A stretch of 63,453 nucleotides of DNA, counting the filler, from Octopus bimaculoides (Eukaryota): the NCBI RefSeq assembly GCF_001194135.2. It is 5 parts of 5 records of this genome, joined end to end, with 100 filler letters (N's around TTAATTAATTAA, not from the genome) between each part and the next. Parts side by side here need not be neighbours in the genome. Positions count along the whole stretch, not along the records: positions 45,794 to 54,355 come from NC_069005.1; positions 54,456 to 60,439 come from NC_069004.1; positions 60,540 to 63,453 come from NC_068999.1; 2 more parts are not named here. One strand, 5' to 3'. A model generated the notes under the pieces. It had not been told where the DNA came from and ran no database searches. It was given only the letters and a program-made list of their open reading frames with translations. The position numbers and the translations under genes were made by a program. This document shows positions 51,374 to 63,453 of the stretch, one piece after another; positions within the stretch are counted from its first letter, which is position 1, and each line of letters starts with the position of its first letter.

Positions 51374-51419
51374 CAAATAAATAAACAGAATTTTAATCAG
51401 TCGGACACACTAATATAAT

Positions 51420-51945
51420 TTTACTCAAATACTCTTATAGAGCAAGAAGATAGAAAAAATCCATGTTGTCGCTATTGTAGCTAAGAATATACCACACTTT
51501 CAAGAAATGTATGAAGTTTGTTGGAGTCATAGCTTGTAAAGGATTGTGGTTGATTTTTAATTTCGATCACGCCTCTTTGAATTCCATGATTTTGCGTTAG
51601 AGAGCATTAGTATAACACTTAAAAAACGTACTGTGTCTGCTTTTCTTCCAAGTATCCCATAACTAAGTTTGCATATGAGGGCGCAAACTGCGTACCCATA
51701 GCCGTGCCCTTTGCTGTCGATATGTTTTATTGCTGAATCTAAAGGTATTTTCCTCTAGTACTTGGCGTGTGGCCTTGGTGATGAAGTCAGTCTTGAAGCG
51801 TTCATTTATCCATTCTCTATGTCTCTCTACCCAGTATTTAATTGCTTCTAGGCCTAAAGCGTGAGATATATTAGTATAGAGATTGGTGACATCAAAACTT
51901 GCGAGTATAGTACCTCTTGCGACAGTGGGAGGGTTGTGTTGGATG
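51420..51945 (-). mobile_element. Penelope-like element RT fragment
   Basis: ILASFDVTNLYTNI, FRFSNKTYRQ, then after a frameshift KGTAMGTQFAPSYANL. Confidence 0.85.
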
Positions 51946-51949
51946 AAAT

Positions 51950-52028
<79 letters not shown>

Positions 52029-52029
52029 C

Positions 52030-52330
52030 AGAATGTTCGGGCTAAATTTGAGAACTTCTCATGTTTCATTTTTTCAGGAAGAGCTTTATGTATAGGTGAA
52101 CAACCAACGGTTTTGCAGAACGCACAGATAAAAGTTGTAGTTGAGGAAAAGTTAGCTGAGATAGAGGACTGGAAGCCATCTGAATATTAGAAAAGAGTTA
52201 CCTTCATCATGATGATTCATGCTGGGTATCGAAATGCCGACATCATGGCTGCTACTCAATGCTGTGAAAACTGTGAAGGCTGTAAGACATGCCATGGATG
52301 TCATGAAACCAAGTCCCACTAGATCGTGAA
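52030..52330 (+). mobile_element. Tc1-like transposon 5' fragment
   Basis: WKPSEY*KRVTFIMMIHAGYRNADIMAATQC...VKAVRH resembles a Tc1 N-terminal HTH. Confidence 0.4.
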
Positions 52331-52805
52331 AAGTAGTAAAGCAGATAAATAGAGTTAGGCTCGGGACATATTTACCTGGAGCACAAATTACAGATTAGAA
52401 AATAGAAGAAAGAAAACAAATGAGAAGGATTATGTAAAGTCTCATCTCAATAGCCTATTCAAGGCGGTATTAACTTACATAAATGAAATGTGTATGATGT
52501 AATACGAGTGTGATGAACCAAAACTCCAGATGAAATTGTGAAAGTAAGTAAGGCTTCCTTTTTGAAAACACTGACAAATGCCGCTAGACCCGCACTTGTG
52601 ACATCATGAATATGGTTATTCTGTAAGATATGACTGTCTTGAAACAGCTGTCGAGAAAAGATTTACATAATTTTTCTTTATTTTTATAAGCTACATTTTA
52701 TGCTCCCTGTAAATATATGTCACAAGCTTGAATGTGTTTGTCTACAATACAACTTCGCTCCCACCTCCTCTCTGTATATATGTATTTATATATTTATATA
52801 TATGT

Positions 52806-53045
52806 AGTGAGTTTTTGGCACATCTTCCCTTTTGTTTACTGAGCACATCATTGACAAAGGGGGCGTTCGGCTACTTTCAGAGGAAGTGTGGATCATTGAG
52901 GAACTTCCTCCTTCTATTTCTCTTCGCCAGTCACGCCATTTCCTTGCCTTGCTGAACTTTTATCGCCGCTTCATCCCTCACTGTGCTGAATTCCTGTCTC
53001 CAGTTACCTGGCTCTTAAAGAATCGTCGTAAGAAGAATGAAGGCT
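52806..53045 (+). mobile_element. Gypsy LTR-retrotransposon pol (RT C-terminal/connection) fragment
   Basis: EFLAH / IDKGGVRLLSEEV..IEELP...LRQSRHFLALLNFYRRFIPHCAEFLSPVTWLLK. Confidence 0.8.
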
Positions 53046-53274
53046 GCGTGTTTGAATCAAGTTGGGACCACCAGTGTAACGGGTTCAAAGTGTTTGCTTC
53101 GCGATCATTTATTCTTTTGAGGAATATTTCGAAGAGGAATATTCACACGTCTAGGTCACCAGTGTTTGTGTTTTTAGGCTGTATCATGATGTATATGTCT
53201 ATCTTTATCTCTCACTCTAGAGAAAAAGAAAAGAGAAGAGAAAGATTTAAGAAAAAAGAAGACAGAAAAAGAAA

Positions 53275-53665
53275 AAGAATTCGGCTCCAGTCTTCAAGCC
53301 AGCAGTCAGAGGAAGGACGCGGGACGACTAACACAAAATGCTCTTCATCGCGAACGGCTCCTAGTTTCTCACTTGACCTTAGCGTTGCGGACATGTTTTA
53401 CCGTCCATTCCCTCAACGCAATTGATACCTTAAATAATTCTTTCTTCTCCTAGATAGCGCAGACCAACTTATCATTGCTTATCACGGCTTACGACTTCTT
53501 ATTCATGCCTACGCAAGTTATTTCGGCTTCCCTGACTCACATACATACATGCCCTATAAACACGTACAGGCCTCCACTCTCATTATTTGTCTGCAGTTGG
53601 ACACTTATCTTTGTTACCACTTGCCAGCACTCATTTGATTAAATAAAGTTTAATGTTTTGTTACA
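53275..53665 (+). mobile_element. Possible LTR remnant
   Basis: Non-coding, with cctataaac (TATA-like) and aataaa, ending ...tgttaca. Lies just downstream of the Gypsy fragment. The start is not defined. Confidence 0.3.
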
Positions 53666-54470
53666 AATGAACTGCCTTCTTGCAATGCTTTCAATACACA
53701 TCATGTTACAAACTACAAACATAACATTGACGGTGTAATTGGAACCAAACTCCTTTTATAGGTTTCTGAAGCGACCAACTCTGATTCACTGCAGTTGCCA
53801 AAGTACAACTGTGCCAATCCGCGACAACAAAATATGACTCACTACATATATATGACTCACTACATATATATTCATATATATACACACATCATCACATATA
53901 CACACATTTATGTGTGTGCGTGTGTGTATGTATGTATGTATTCATGTATTCATGTATATATACCTGTATACTGTTCGTGCTTGTCTCCTACCACAGCCTG
54001 ACAACAGGTGGTGATTTTTTACGTTCCTCTAACCTAGCGTTTCGGCCAAAAGTGACCGATAGAATAATTACTAGGTATCAACTAAACACTTCATGGCGAT
54101 GCGCCAGCTTGTCCGCTGTCCAATGACCGAAACAAGTTAATATATATACATAAACCACGTGCTCATTAAGCGCCTTTCTGTCCGCCCCACTAAACCCATG
54201 CCATCTTCAAATGAATTCTAAAATTATGTATGAAAGTTGGGTGTTATTTCGACGGTATTTTCCCGCTATTTTTAACGAGTTCAATTATCACTTTTATAGA
54301 GTTAGTCATGACAGTGTCTGGTTAAATCATGGTTATGCGTAATGGTATGTGGGTANNNNNNNNNNNNNNNNNNNNNNNNNNNNNNNNNNNNNNNNNNNNT
54401 TAATTAATTAANNNNNNNNNNNNNNNNNNNNNNNNNNNNNNNNNNNNNNNNNNNNATATATATATATATT

Positions 54471-54520
<50 letters not shown>

Positions 54521-55421
54521 TATATATGTATCTATGTATGTTAAATGAAATACAAGAACACTGGATGTGTTGTTTGTGGAATCATTATAAATAACTAGAT
54601 TAATGAATGTAATATCTTCTTAGACAAATCCCGTAAGATAGCAATTGTCTTTTATTCCAATTCTTCGCATTCACTTTTAGACAGATATACAGACAGATGG
54701 ACCGTTGTAAGGAAGAAACTAACAATGGGTCAGACTCCATCTAGAACAACAACAACAACAACGATGACGATGATGATGATGACGACAACAACAACAGAAA
54801 TTATAACCTTTTGAAGTTTCCACAGGAAGATAAAGATAATGTGAGGGAGAGATAATATTTAACAATTACAGCCAAAACCAACACCACCACCAACACCAAC
54901 AATAAAAACAACCATGGCTACTACAACAACTACATCAACAACAATAGAAACAAGTACACTAACAATGAAGGCAATAGCTACAACAACTATTGCAGAGAAT
55001 ATGAAGACAATGGTATTAATATTAATAATAACAGTGTTAAATAGTGAGACGTGTCTGGAATTTCAGAAAGAAATGAGAAATAAAAAGACTATGAAAATAA
55101 GAACTGTTGTGTTGTGTATTTGCTATTTAGTTTTGTTAAAATATTCATCGTTATTTACAGTTTCTTCTACATGTTTGTTTTCCTTGTTGTTGTTGTTGTT
55201 GTTGTTGTTTACTATCTTGTTGTGGGTTGATTTTTTTTTTTTGGTCTCAGATTTTATTTTTAAAATTGTTGAATTTTAAAATTCTTTGTTTTCTTTATTT
55301 TGTTTTCAAAGGAGATGGGGTGGACTTTTTAAAGATATTCTGAAATATTTGCAGTGATAACTGGCTATGTAAAAGACATTAGGATATATATAACTGTGTG
55401 TATGTATGTATGTATGTGTAA

Positions 55422-55727
55422 GTGGAGGCGCAATGGCCCAGTGGTTAGGGCAGCGGACTCGCTATCGGAGGATCATGTTTTCGATTCCCAGACTGGGCCT
55501 TGTGTGTTTATTGAGCGGAAACACCTAAAGCTCCATGAGGCTCCGGCAGGGGGTGGTGGCGACCCCTGTTGTACTCTTTCGCCCCAACTTTCTCTCACTC
55601 TTTCTTCCTGTTTCTTGAATAAAGCTGTGATGGACTGGCGTCTTGTCCAGCTGGGGAGGAACACATACACTATAGAAACCGGGAAACTAGGACCATGAGC
55701 CTGGCTAGGCTTTAAAAAGGGCGCATA
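55422..55727 (+). mobile_element. SINE family D, full-length (tRNA-derived head)
   Basis: gtggaggcgcaatggcccagtggttagggc A box and ttcgattccc B-box-like motif; tail ends aaaagggcgcataaataaa. Confidence 0.85.
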
Positions 55728-55814
55728 AATAAAAAATGTATGTATAAAAAGATGTTTGTGTGTGTGTATANNNNNNNNNNACATACATACAAATATACAC
55801 ACGCATATATATTT

Positions 55815-56260
55815 CCTTGGTGGCTTCTTGCAACCTGAAAAGTCAACCGGGAAAGGTCGATTCTGGGAATCTCATTAAGAGGTCACATCTGGAACAAGGA
55901 GATCAAGGACAGAACTGGAGTGAAGGACGTTGCCACAGAATGCCACCACACAAAGCTACAATGGGCCGGTCATGTGGGAAGGTTCTCAGATGATCGGTGG
56001 ACCCATGCAGTTGTTGAGTGGGACCCGTGTGAGCAGAAGAGACCACTCGGAAGACCGCCAATCAGGTAGGAAAATGATTTAAGAAAAATGTCTGGAGCAA
56101 CATCGGAGAGAATGGTTTGAGCACAAGAGGAATGGCGCAAATGCTATGGCTAGTCGAGCCAACTTGGCTCCAGACAATCGCTTGATTGGAAGCCAGACAG
56201 CTGCTCTGGCAATGATCACGCTCGGATGGTGCTCTTAGCGCACCACTAGTACAGGTGCCA
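55815..56260 (+). mobile_element. RTE-clade LINE 3' end
   Basis: RSILGISLRGHIWNKEIKDRTGVKDV...KLQWAGHVGRFSDDRWTHAVVEW...KRPLGRPP. Confidence 0.85.
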
Positions 56261-56293
56261 GTCATCGAATTTGGTTCAATCATGATTTCGATA

Positions 56294-56344
<51 letters not shown>

Positions 56345-56439
56345 TCTTCATCATCATCCTTTAATGTCTGTTTTCCATGTTGGCATGGGTTAGATGGCTT
56401 GACCAGAGCTGGCAACTGGAGAGCTGCACCATTATGGTG

Positions 56440-56683
56440 ACCTCATTTGTCATTCCACCAACTGAAAGTTCTATGACAATGGAAGAGCTGCAATGTGTGC
56501 AGATGTAACTTGTTGGAAGTGCATAATAAGTTATAACTTTTGTCTGTCACTTATACTTCCAGCCATGCAGATCTGCAGTGGGTTGAAGAGTCATCTGAAA
56601 GGTCATGGATGCCAAGTCAAAAATACCATTGACAACAAGAATGCACGAAGAGACAATAATCATCTGTGAAAGTGGAGCAATCA

Positions 56684-56690
<7 letters not shown>
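56440..56690 (+). mobile_element. Second RTE (BovB-like) 3' end fragment
   Basis: Frameshifted CRSAV-LKSHLKGHGC C2H2-like terminus. Confidence 0.4.
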
Positions 56691-56719
<29 letters not shown>

Positions 56720-56720
<1 letters not shown>

Positions 56721-56935
56721 TTTCTTTTGCTGAACCACTAAGTTATGGGGATGTAAACGTGCCAACATCAGTCGTCCAGTGATGGTTGGGGGACAAATAC
56801 AGACACAAAGACACACACACATAAATATATACATATACATATACGATGGGCTTCTTTCAGTTTCCATCTACCAAATCTGTTCACAAGGCTTTGATTGGCC
56901 TGAGGCTATAGTAGAAGACACTTGCCCAATGTGCC
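56720..56935 (-). mobile_element. SINE family A partial copy
   Basis: Reverse tail part, microsatellite and core. Confidence 0.8.
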
Positions 56936-56944
56936 TCATTGTTT

Positions 56945-57620
56945 CAAGGGTTGTGGGTTGATATATACAGTAGTGTTTTGAGATGAGGTGTGGTGTTATG
57001 TTTTGTTGTCCTTAGTGTTTTTATGTCTAATTTCTTGGCACGCTTAATTCCATCGTTTAAGTGAGGGTGGATATTGTCTTTCAGTTCATGTTGTTTTGAA
57101 GTTTTGAAGACAAACATCCTGAGTAGTTCTATCACACAATATTGTGCAAATCCTTTTTGCCAAATTAAAGGGGATATTTATTTTGATGTTTTTCAGGTGG
57201 CATGAGCTAAAGAGGAGATATTGTATTGAGTCTGTTGGTTTATGATAGATGTCTGTTATAATTTAGTTGTTGACTAATTTTTTTAATAATATCCAAAAAT
57301 GCAAGCTGTTCTTTGCTATATTCCATTGTGAATTGAAAGTTACTATTTATATCATTTAGTGTTGATTTGAAGTTCAAAAGTTTGTCAATGGTCTCCTTCC
57401 AAATGATAAAACAGTCATGCAGGTATTTTTTCCAGCTTTCTCTTATGTAATGGTGAAATGGATAACCATATTTTTAAGTGACACTTCATATACGGTGAAT
57501 TCAAAATAACCTGTTATCAGGTTCACAAGAACAGGGCTGTTTTCATTCCCATCGAATTCCGCATTTTTGACTATAACAGGTGTCATCAAATAGGAAATAA
57601 TTGTTCTGAAGTATAAATTT
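56945..57620 (-). mobile_element. Penelope-like element RT fragment (second copy)
   Basis: WKKYLHDCFIIW (YxDD motif), FQFTMEYSKEQLAFLD, TDIYHKPTDS.QYL.FSSCH, NIPFNLAKRIC. Confidence 0.9.
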
Positions 57621-58715
57621 TAAAGATTCAATAATAAAGATCTAATTTATGCGTTCTTTGTCCTGTCAAGAGGGAACAGTGATTGATGTGTTTCCACTTG
57701 ATCCACGACCTCGTTGAGGTGGATGTCAAGAGAGAAAATATTAACTTCCATAAAGTGGAAAAAATAAATGGAAGGGAAAAAGTTGGTAAATATTTCGGTG
57801 TGAATGCCAATAGCTGTTACGTGGTAGCAGGGCATGCTACAAATAACAGTCAAATCTTTCCTTTTCTGGAAAAAGAAGCCGTTTACGCTTGATTTTGCTG
57901 TGACATTCATTGAAAGCATGCAAAATAACCTGGAAAAGAAAAAAAAGACCAGCAAAACAAAACCCCTTAGTGGGAAACTTCGAAGTCCCCACTACCCTTC
58001 CCACCTTTCTTTTGCGGAAAAACATGGCTTGCGGTGGATTTGGAGGTCAGATACGTTGAATGCACCCATAAAAAACTGTGAAAAACAATTATTCCACACC
58101 CAGGTACGAAATATTTACTGAAAGAATAAAATCTTGTACCGATTACACCTGTATTTTAATTAATTCAAATTTATGTACCTCATCTTGAAAAGTGGCAAAA
58201 TTTTTGTCGGTTGCCACCTGGGATAATTTTTGTAACAAATTAAACAGGTAAGATGCATTAAGAATTTCAATTTTAGCGTCTATCCATAATGTTGTCGCTT
58301 TTACACCTGTTAATTCAATCTACCTGCCCATAAAAGTCAAATTTACCCACCAAGATCAGCTAAAATTGCGTAACTATAAACCAGTAGTATATAAAGCACC
58401 TGCTGACAAAATTTCAAATAATTCAAAATAACGTGAACAAATACGCATTACATTTGACAGATAAATATGAACACTAAAGATGTTTTTAGGTGGTTTTTTT
58501 TACACACACACATAACATGGCCTTGCTCGGTTGGGACTACATGCGTGTTACTTTGACATCATCATTCCATAAAATTTGTTTATGGGGAGAAAAATATTGA
58601 AAAATATCAATAGATGTGTGAGTGAGAAAGAAACGAGGAGGGAGGTTTTGGGATGCACTAGAAGCAACAACCAGATCTCCCTTAAATCACACATTTTCCT
58701 CTGAAATTATTATTT

Positions 58716-60322
58716 CAGGTAAGGCAACTGCAGGAAAAATACATAGCCAAAGATAAACTTCTGTACTTGGTTTCTGTTGACATGAAGAAAGCCTTTGACA
58801 TGGTCCTCCAGTCCCTTGTCTGGTGGTCGGTGCAGAAACTAAGGATAGACAAGTAGTTGGTGAGAGCTGTACAAACCATGTACAAGGATACTGTCAGTAA
58901 GGTGAGGGTTGGCAACAAGTATATTAAAGAATTCTGGGTAGAAATAGGGTTCACCAAGGATCAGTCCTCAGCCCATTCTTATTCATCATAGTCCTCCAGG
59001 CAATAACAGAGGAATTTAAGACATGCTGACTCTGGGAGCTCTTTTATGTTGATGACCTCACTCTTATAGCTGAATCACTACCAGAACTAGAGAAGTTTCA
59101 GGTGTGGAAGTAAGGTCTTGAATTGAAAGGCTTTATAGTTAACCTAGCAAAAACCAAAGTCTTTGTAAGTAGGAAAGCAAATAAATCACAAATCCATTCA
59201 GGTAGATGGCTCGCTCATTCTGTAGGAAATGCATAGGTGGGAATTTCCATAAGATGTACCTCATGTAAGCTATGGACACTTAAGAGATGCAACAATATCA
59301 GAGGAAGGTTAACAGGAAAACTAATTTTTGTGTATGGAAGGTATACTGAAAATAGACTACATCAAATACCAGTGGGCAAAACTAGAAATAGTGGATAGCT
59401 TCCATTACCTAGGTGACCAAGCCAGTAGTGGGGGTGAACACTCCAAGAGCATAGCTGCTAGAATAAGAATAGATTAGGCAAAGCTCAGAGAGCTCTTATC
59501 TCTGTTGGTAACAAAGGGCCTCTCCCTCAGAGTGAAAGGCAGATTGTATGATGCCTGTGTGCAAACAGCTATGCTACACGGTAGTGGAACATGGACTGTG
59601 ACTACTGAGGACTGCATAAGCTTGAAAGAAATTAAGCTAGTATGCTTCGCTGGATGTGCAATGTCAGTGTGCATGTATGACAGAGTGTACGCATCCTGAG
59701 AGAAGAGTTGGGCACAAGGGGCATCAAATGTGGTGTGCAAGAGAGACAACTGCATTGGTATGGTCATGTGATGCATATGGATATGGACAGCTGTGTGAAG
59801 AAGTGCTGATCTCTGCCAGTGGAAGGAAGCTGTGGAAGAGGTAGACCCAAGAAAACATGGGATGAGGTGGTGAAACATAATCTTCGAATGTTGGGCCTCA
59901 TGGAGGCAATAACTATTGACCATGATTTGGCAATATGCCATGCTTGAGAAGATCCATTGAGCTAAATGAAATCATAGTTGTGTTGGTTGGGGTGTCATGT
60001 AACTGGCATGTAAAAAGCACATTTTGAGCACTGGGCCTCATTCAGCCAATGACAAATGGTCAAGAGCTTTGGCAATATGCTGTGCTTGAAAAGAAGACCT
60101 ATCAAGTCAAGTGAAATCATAGTCATGATAGATACCAGTGTCACCCAATTGGCACCCGTGCTGGTGGCACGTAAATCACCCATTACACTCTCAGAGTGGT
60201 TGGCATTATGGAGGGCATCCAGCCATAGAAATCAGACCAGAGTCTGGTGCAGCTCCTCAACTTACCAGCTGTGGTCAAACCATCTGACCCATGCCAGCAT
60301 GGACAACAGATGGTGATGATGG
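58716..60322 (+). mobile_element. RTE-clade LINE, 5'-truncated (RT domain to 3' UTR)
   Basis: QLQEKYIAKD.LLYL..VDMKKAFD, LYVDDL, KGLSLRVKGRLYDACVQTAMLHGS..W. 3' UTR ends catgccagcatgga...(tga)n. Many stops and frameshifts. Confidence 0.92.
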
Positions 60323-60337
60323 TATATATATATATAT

Positions 60338-60439
60338 CATCATTGTTTAATGTCCACTTTCCATGCTAGCATGGGTTGGACGATTTGACTGAGGACTGGT
60401 GATCCAGATGGCTACACCAGGCTCCAATCTGATTTGGCA
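60338..60439 (-). mobile_element. RTE-type 3' tail in reverse orientation
   Basis: Reverse complement matches the tail at 60240-60322. A similar reverse tail lies at 56341-56425. Confidence 0.75.
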
Positions 60440-60608
60440 NNNNNNNNNNNNNNNNNNNNNNNNNNNNNNNNNNNNNNNNNNNNTTAATTAATTAANNNNN
60501 NNNNNNNNNNNNNNNNNNNNNNNNNNNNNNNNNNNNNNNATGTAACTATACATATACACATATATATGTGCACACATACACACAAACATACACACACACT
60601 CACACACG

Positions 60609-60656
<48 letters not shown>

Positions 60657-61195
60657 AGTATATACAAACATGCATGAAAATAAATGTGCGAAATAGAATG
60701 TTATAAAAAATCGATCCAAGGAATAACACAAGGAAAAAACATGGCGACCAAAAAACACAGAGTAATGATGATATCCTAAAGAAATAAATGTCACTTTGAG
60801 ATATGCTTGGATATCAAATGCGAGAAAAACTGATATCGATTTCCGAGTTACAATATTAATAGAAAACAGAAATAAAAAGATAAAGGCATTTTGAGAGTGA
60901 GCTTCTGGGTTCTGTTTATCCGCAAAACAGGGAAGTGCGTGGATCTCAAATGGCATGTTGTGTTAGTGTCGATGTTGCTGCTCGTGGTAGCGGTGGTGGT
61001 GGTGGTGGTAGTGGTAGTGGTAATTGAGGTGTGGATGGTTACCATGGTGATGAAGTTTAAGCTGTACTCCGGTTGGTAGAAGAATTGGTATTTGCATACA
61101 GGAATAATTGGAATAAATAGCAGGATTTATTTCTCGCATCTGACCGGCTGACCTGATAATGACACCTGCACGGAAATAACATAGTTGCGTAATTA

Positions 61196-61235
<40 letters not shown>

Positions 61236-61384
61236 AACGCATACATATACACACACACGTGTATATACCTATATACATGTATATATAGACGTAGATAAAC
61301 TTGTAAAATATATACACCTATAAACACTTGTAATTTACATATATGTATATGTCCATTCTAAGACCATATATATATATATATATA

Positions 61385-61431
<47 letters not shown>

Positions 61432-61550
61432 ATATATATGAGTGCATGTATATGTATATATACATACATATATATATATATGTATGTATGTGTATATGAA
61501 TACTTATGTACTTATGAGACATTAGCACTCATATTTTGATACGTTTGTGC

Positions 61551-61583
<33 letters not shown>

Positions 61584-62319
61584 NNNNNNNNNNNNNNNNN
61601 NNNNNNNNNNNNNNNNNNNNNNNNNNNNNNNNNNNNNNNNNNNNNNNNNNNNNNNNNNNNNNNNNNNNNNNNNNNNNNNNNNNNNNNNNNNNNNNNNNNN
61701 NNNNNNNNNNNNNNNNNNNNNNNNNNNNNNNNNNNNNNNNNNNNNNNNNNNNNNNNNNNNNNNNNNNNNNNNNNNNNNNNNNNNNNNNNNNNNNNNNNNN
61801 NNNNNNNNNNNNNNNNNNNNNNNNNNNNNNNNNNNNNNNNNNNNNNNNNNNNNNNNNNNNNNNNNNNNNNNNNNNNNNNNNNNNNNNNNNNNNNNNNNNN
61901 NNNNNNNNNNNNNNNNNNNNNNNNNNNNNNNNNNNNNNNNNNNNNNNNNNNNNNNNNNNNNNNNNNNNNNNNNNNNNNNNNNNNNNNNNNNNNNNNNNNN
62001 NNNNNNNNNNNNNNNNNNNNNNNNNNNNNNNNNNNNNNNNNNNNNNNNNNNNNNNNNNNNNNNNNNNNNNNNNNNNNNNNNNNNNNNNNNNNNNNNNNNN
62101 NNNNNNNNNNNNNNNNNNNNNNNNNNNNNNNNNNNNNNNNNNNNNNNNNNNNNNNNNNNNNNNNNNNNNNNNNNNNNNNNNNNNNNNNNNNNNNNNNNNN
62201 NNNNNNNNNNNNNNNNNNNATATGCATATATATACATATATATATATATGCATATATAAATATATATATATATATATATCTATCTATATATATATATATA
62301 GATATACATTTATATCTGC

Positions 62320-62393
<74 letters not shown>

Positions 62394-62757
62394 GTGTGTG
62401 TATATATGAATATATACGAGCTCACACGTCTACATATACATTCGTTCGTTTGTATATTTGACTTTTTTCAATGTCTCTCAAATATTTAGGTCAAGAAAAT
62501 ATCAGAGAGGGCTTTACGATCGAGGAAATAAGTAAATAAATAAATAAATAAATAAATAACAAATAAATAAATAAATGAACAGCCTTTGGAGCTATGGCGC
62601 TTGTTGACTTAAGTGGTTGTGTAAACAATTTTAGAATGCCCCAGGATTGAATTTCAATTTGTACTGGACTCCATACGGAATTTATTTCAATTTATAGAAC
62701 ATACCATATAAGAAATCCCTGGACTCAGTTAAAGGCTAACATCTATCTAGCTAACAT

Positions 62758-62875
<118 letters not shown>

Positions 62876-63164
62876 GATCCATCTCTTTACCTATCTGTCT
62901 GTCTGTCGGTCAATCTATCTATTTACCAATATAGAGCTACCAATGCATATATGTGTGTGTGTCTGTGAGCATGTGTGCCCGCGCGCGCGTATGTATGAGT
63001 GTATGTGTGCGCATATATATGCTAAATTATACACACACACACATGTATGTATGTAGAAATATACACCTAGACACACACATACGCACAGATATATATGTAT
63101 ATGTTTGTGTGTGTGAGTGGGGTGTATATATATATATATTTATATATATATATATATATATTCT

Positions 63165-63345
63165 TTTATTCTTTTATCCTTTTATTTGTTGCAGTCATTT
63201 CACTGCGGCCATGCTGGAGCACTACCTTTTACTCGAAAAAATCGACGCCAGGACTTATTCTTTGTAAGCTTAGTACTTATCCTATCGGTGTCTTCTGTCG
63301 AACCACTAGTTTACGGGGACGTAAACACACCAATATCTGTTGTTT
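63165..63345 (-). mobile_element. SINE family A 3' tail
   Basis: ctgcggccatgctggagcac...ggggacgtaaacacacc. Confidence 0.85.
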
Positions 63346-63387
63346 TCTCCTCTTATAGATGTAATAATCCATTCTTCTACTATTACC

Positions 63388-63436
63388 GTCTCCGATGAAA
63401 GGATACATTGGATATTCCCTGAAACAGGTGTAAGAC
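63388..63436 (+). ncRNA. Degenerate minimal hammerhead-like motif
   Basis: gtct-CCGATGA-aaggata...tattccct-GAAA-C-aggt-G-TA-agac. Stem I gtct/agac and a GUA cleavage triplet are correctly placed. Confidence 0.45.
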
Positions 63437-63453
63437 TTTATCCATAAAATATA

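Noticed and set aside
57960-58500. Possible DNA transposon end or exons with GT donors at about 58103 and 58247
   Set aside because: No matching TIR pair and no open exon frame with a good acceptor found.

Overview
AT-rich animal genomic DNA from a gapped draft assembly, with many N runs and dense microsatellites. The SINE/LINE families look like those of octopus (inference from recalled repeat sequences, not a database search). I found no intact, identifiable protein-coding gene. Almost all ORFs in the supplied track are translations of microsatellites or N gaps. Most recognisable sequence is decayed transposons: four mariner copies, a Tc1-like and a Tigger-like remnant, two pogo/Tigger-type MITEs, a Helitron with a Pif1 helicase C-terminus, LINE fragments (Tx1/L1, R4/Dong-type, RTE), two Penelope RT fragments, a Gypsy pol fragment, and at least four SINE families. 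The most interesting signals are several degenerate minimal hammerhead-ribozyme-like motifs, one on the coding strand next to a Penelope RT. Other notable items are a pre-miRNA-like hairpin, a long foldback, a solitary tRNA-Thr-like gene with a poly-T terminator, and an unconfirmed phase-compatible chain of minus-strand exons near 38.5-41.2 kb.
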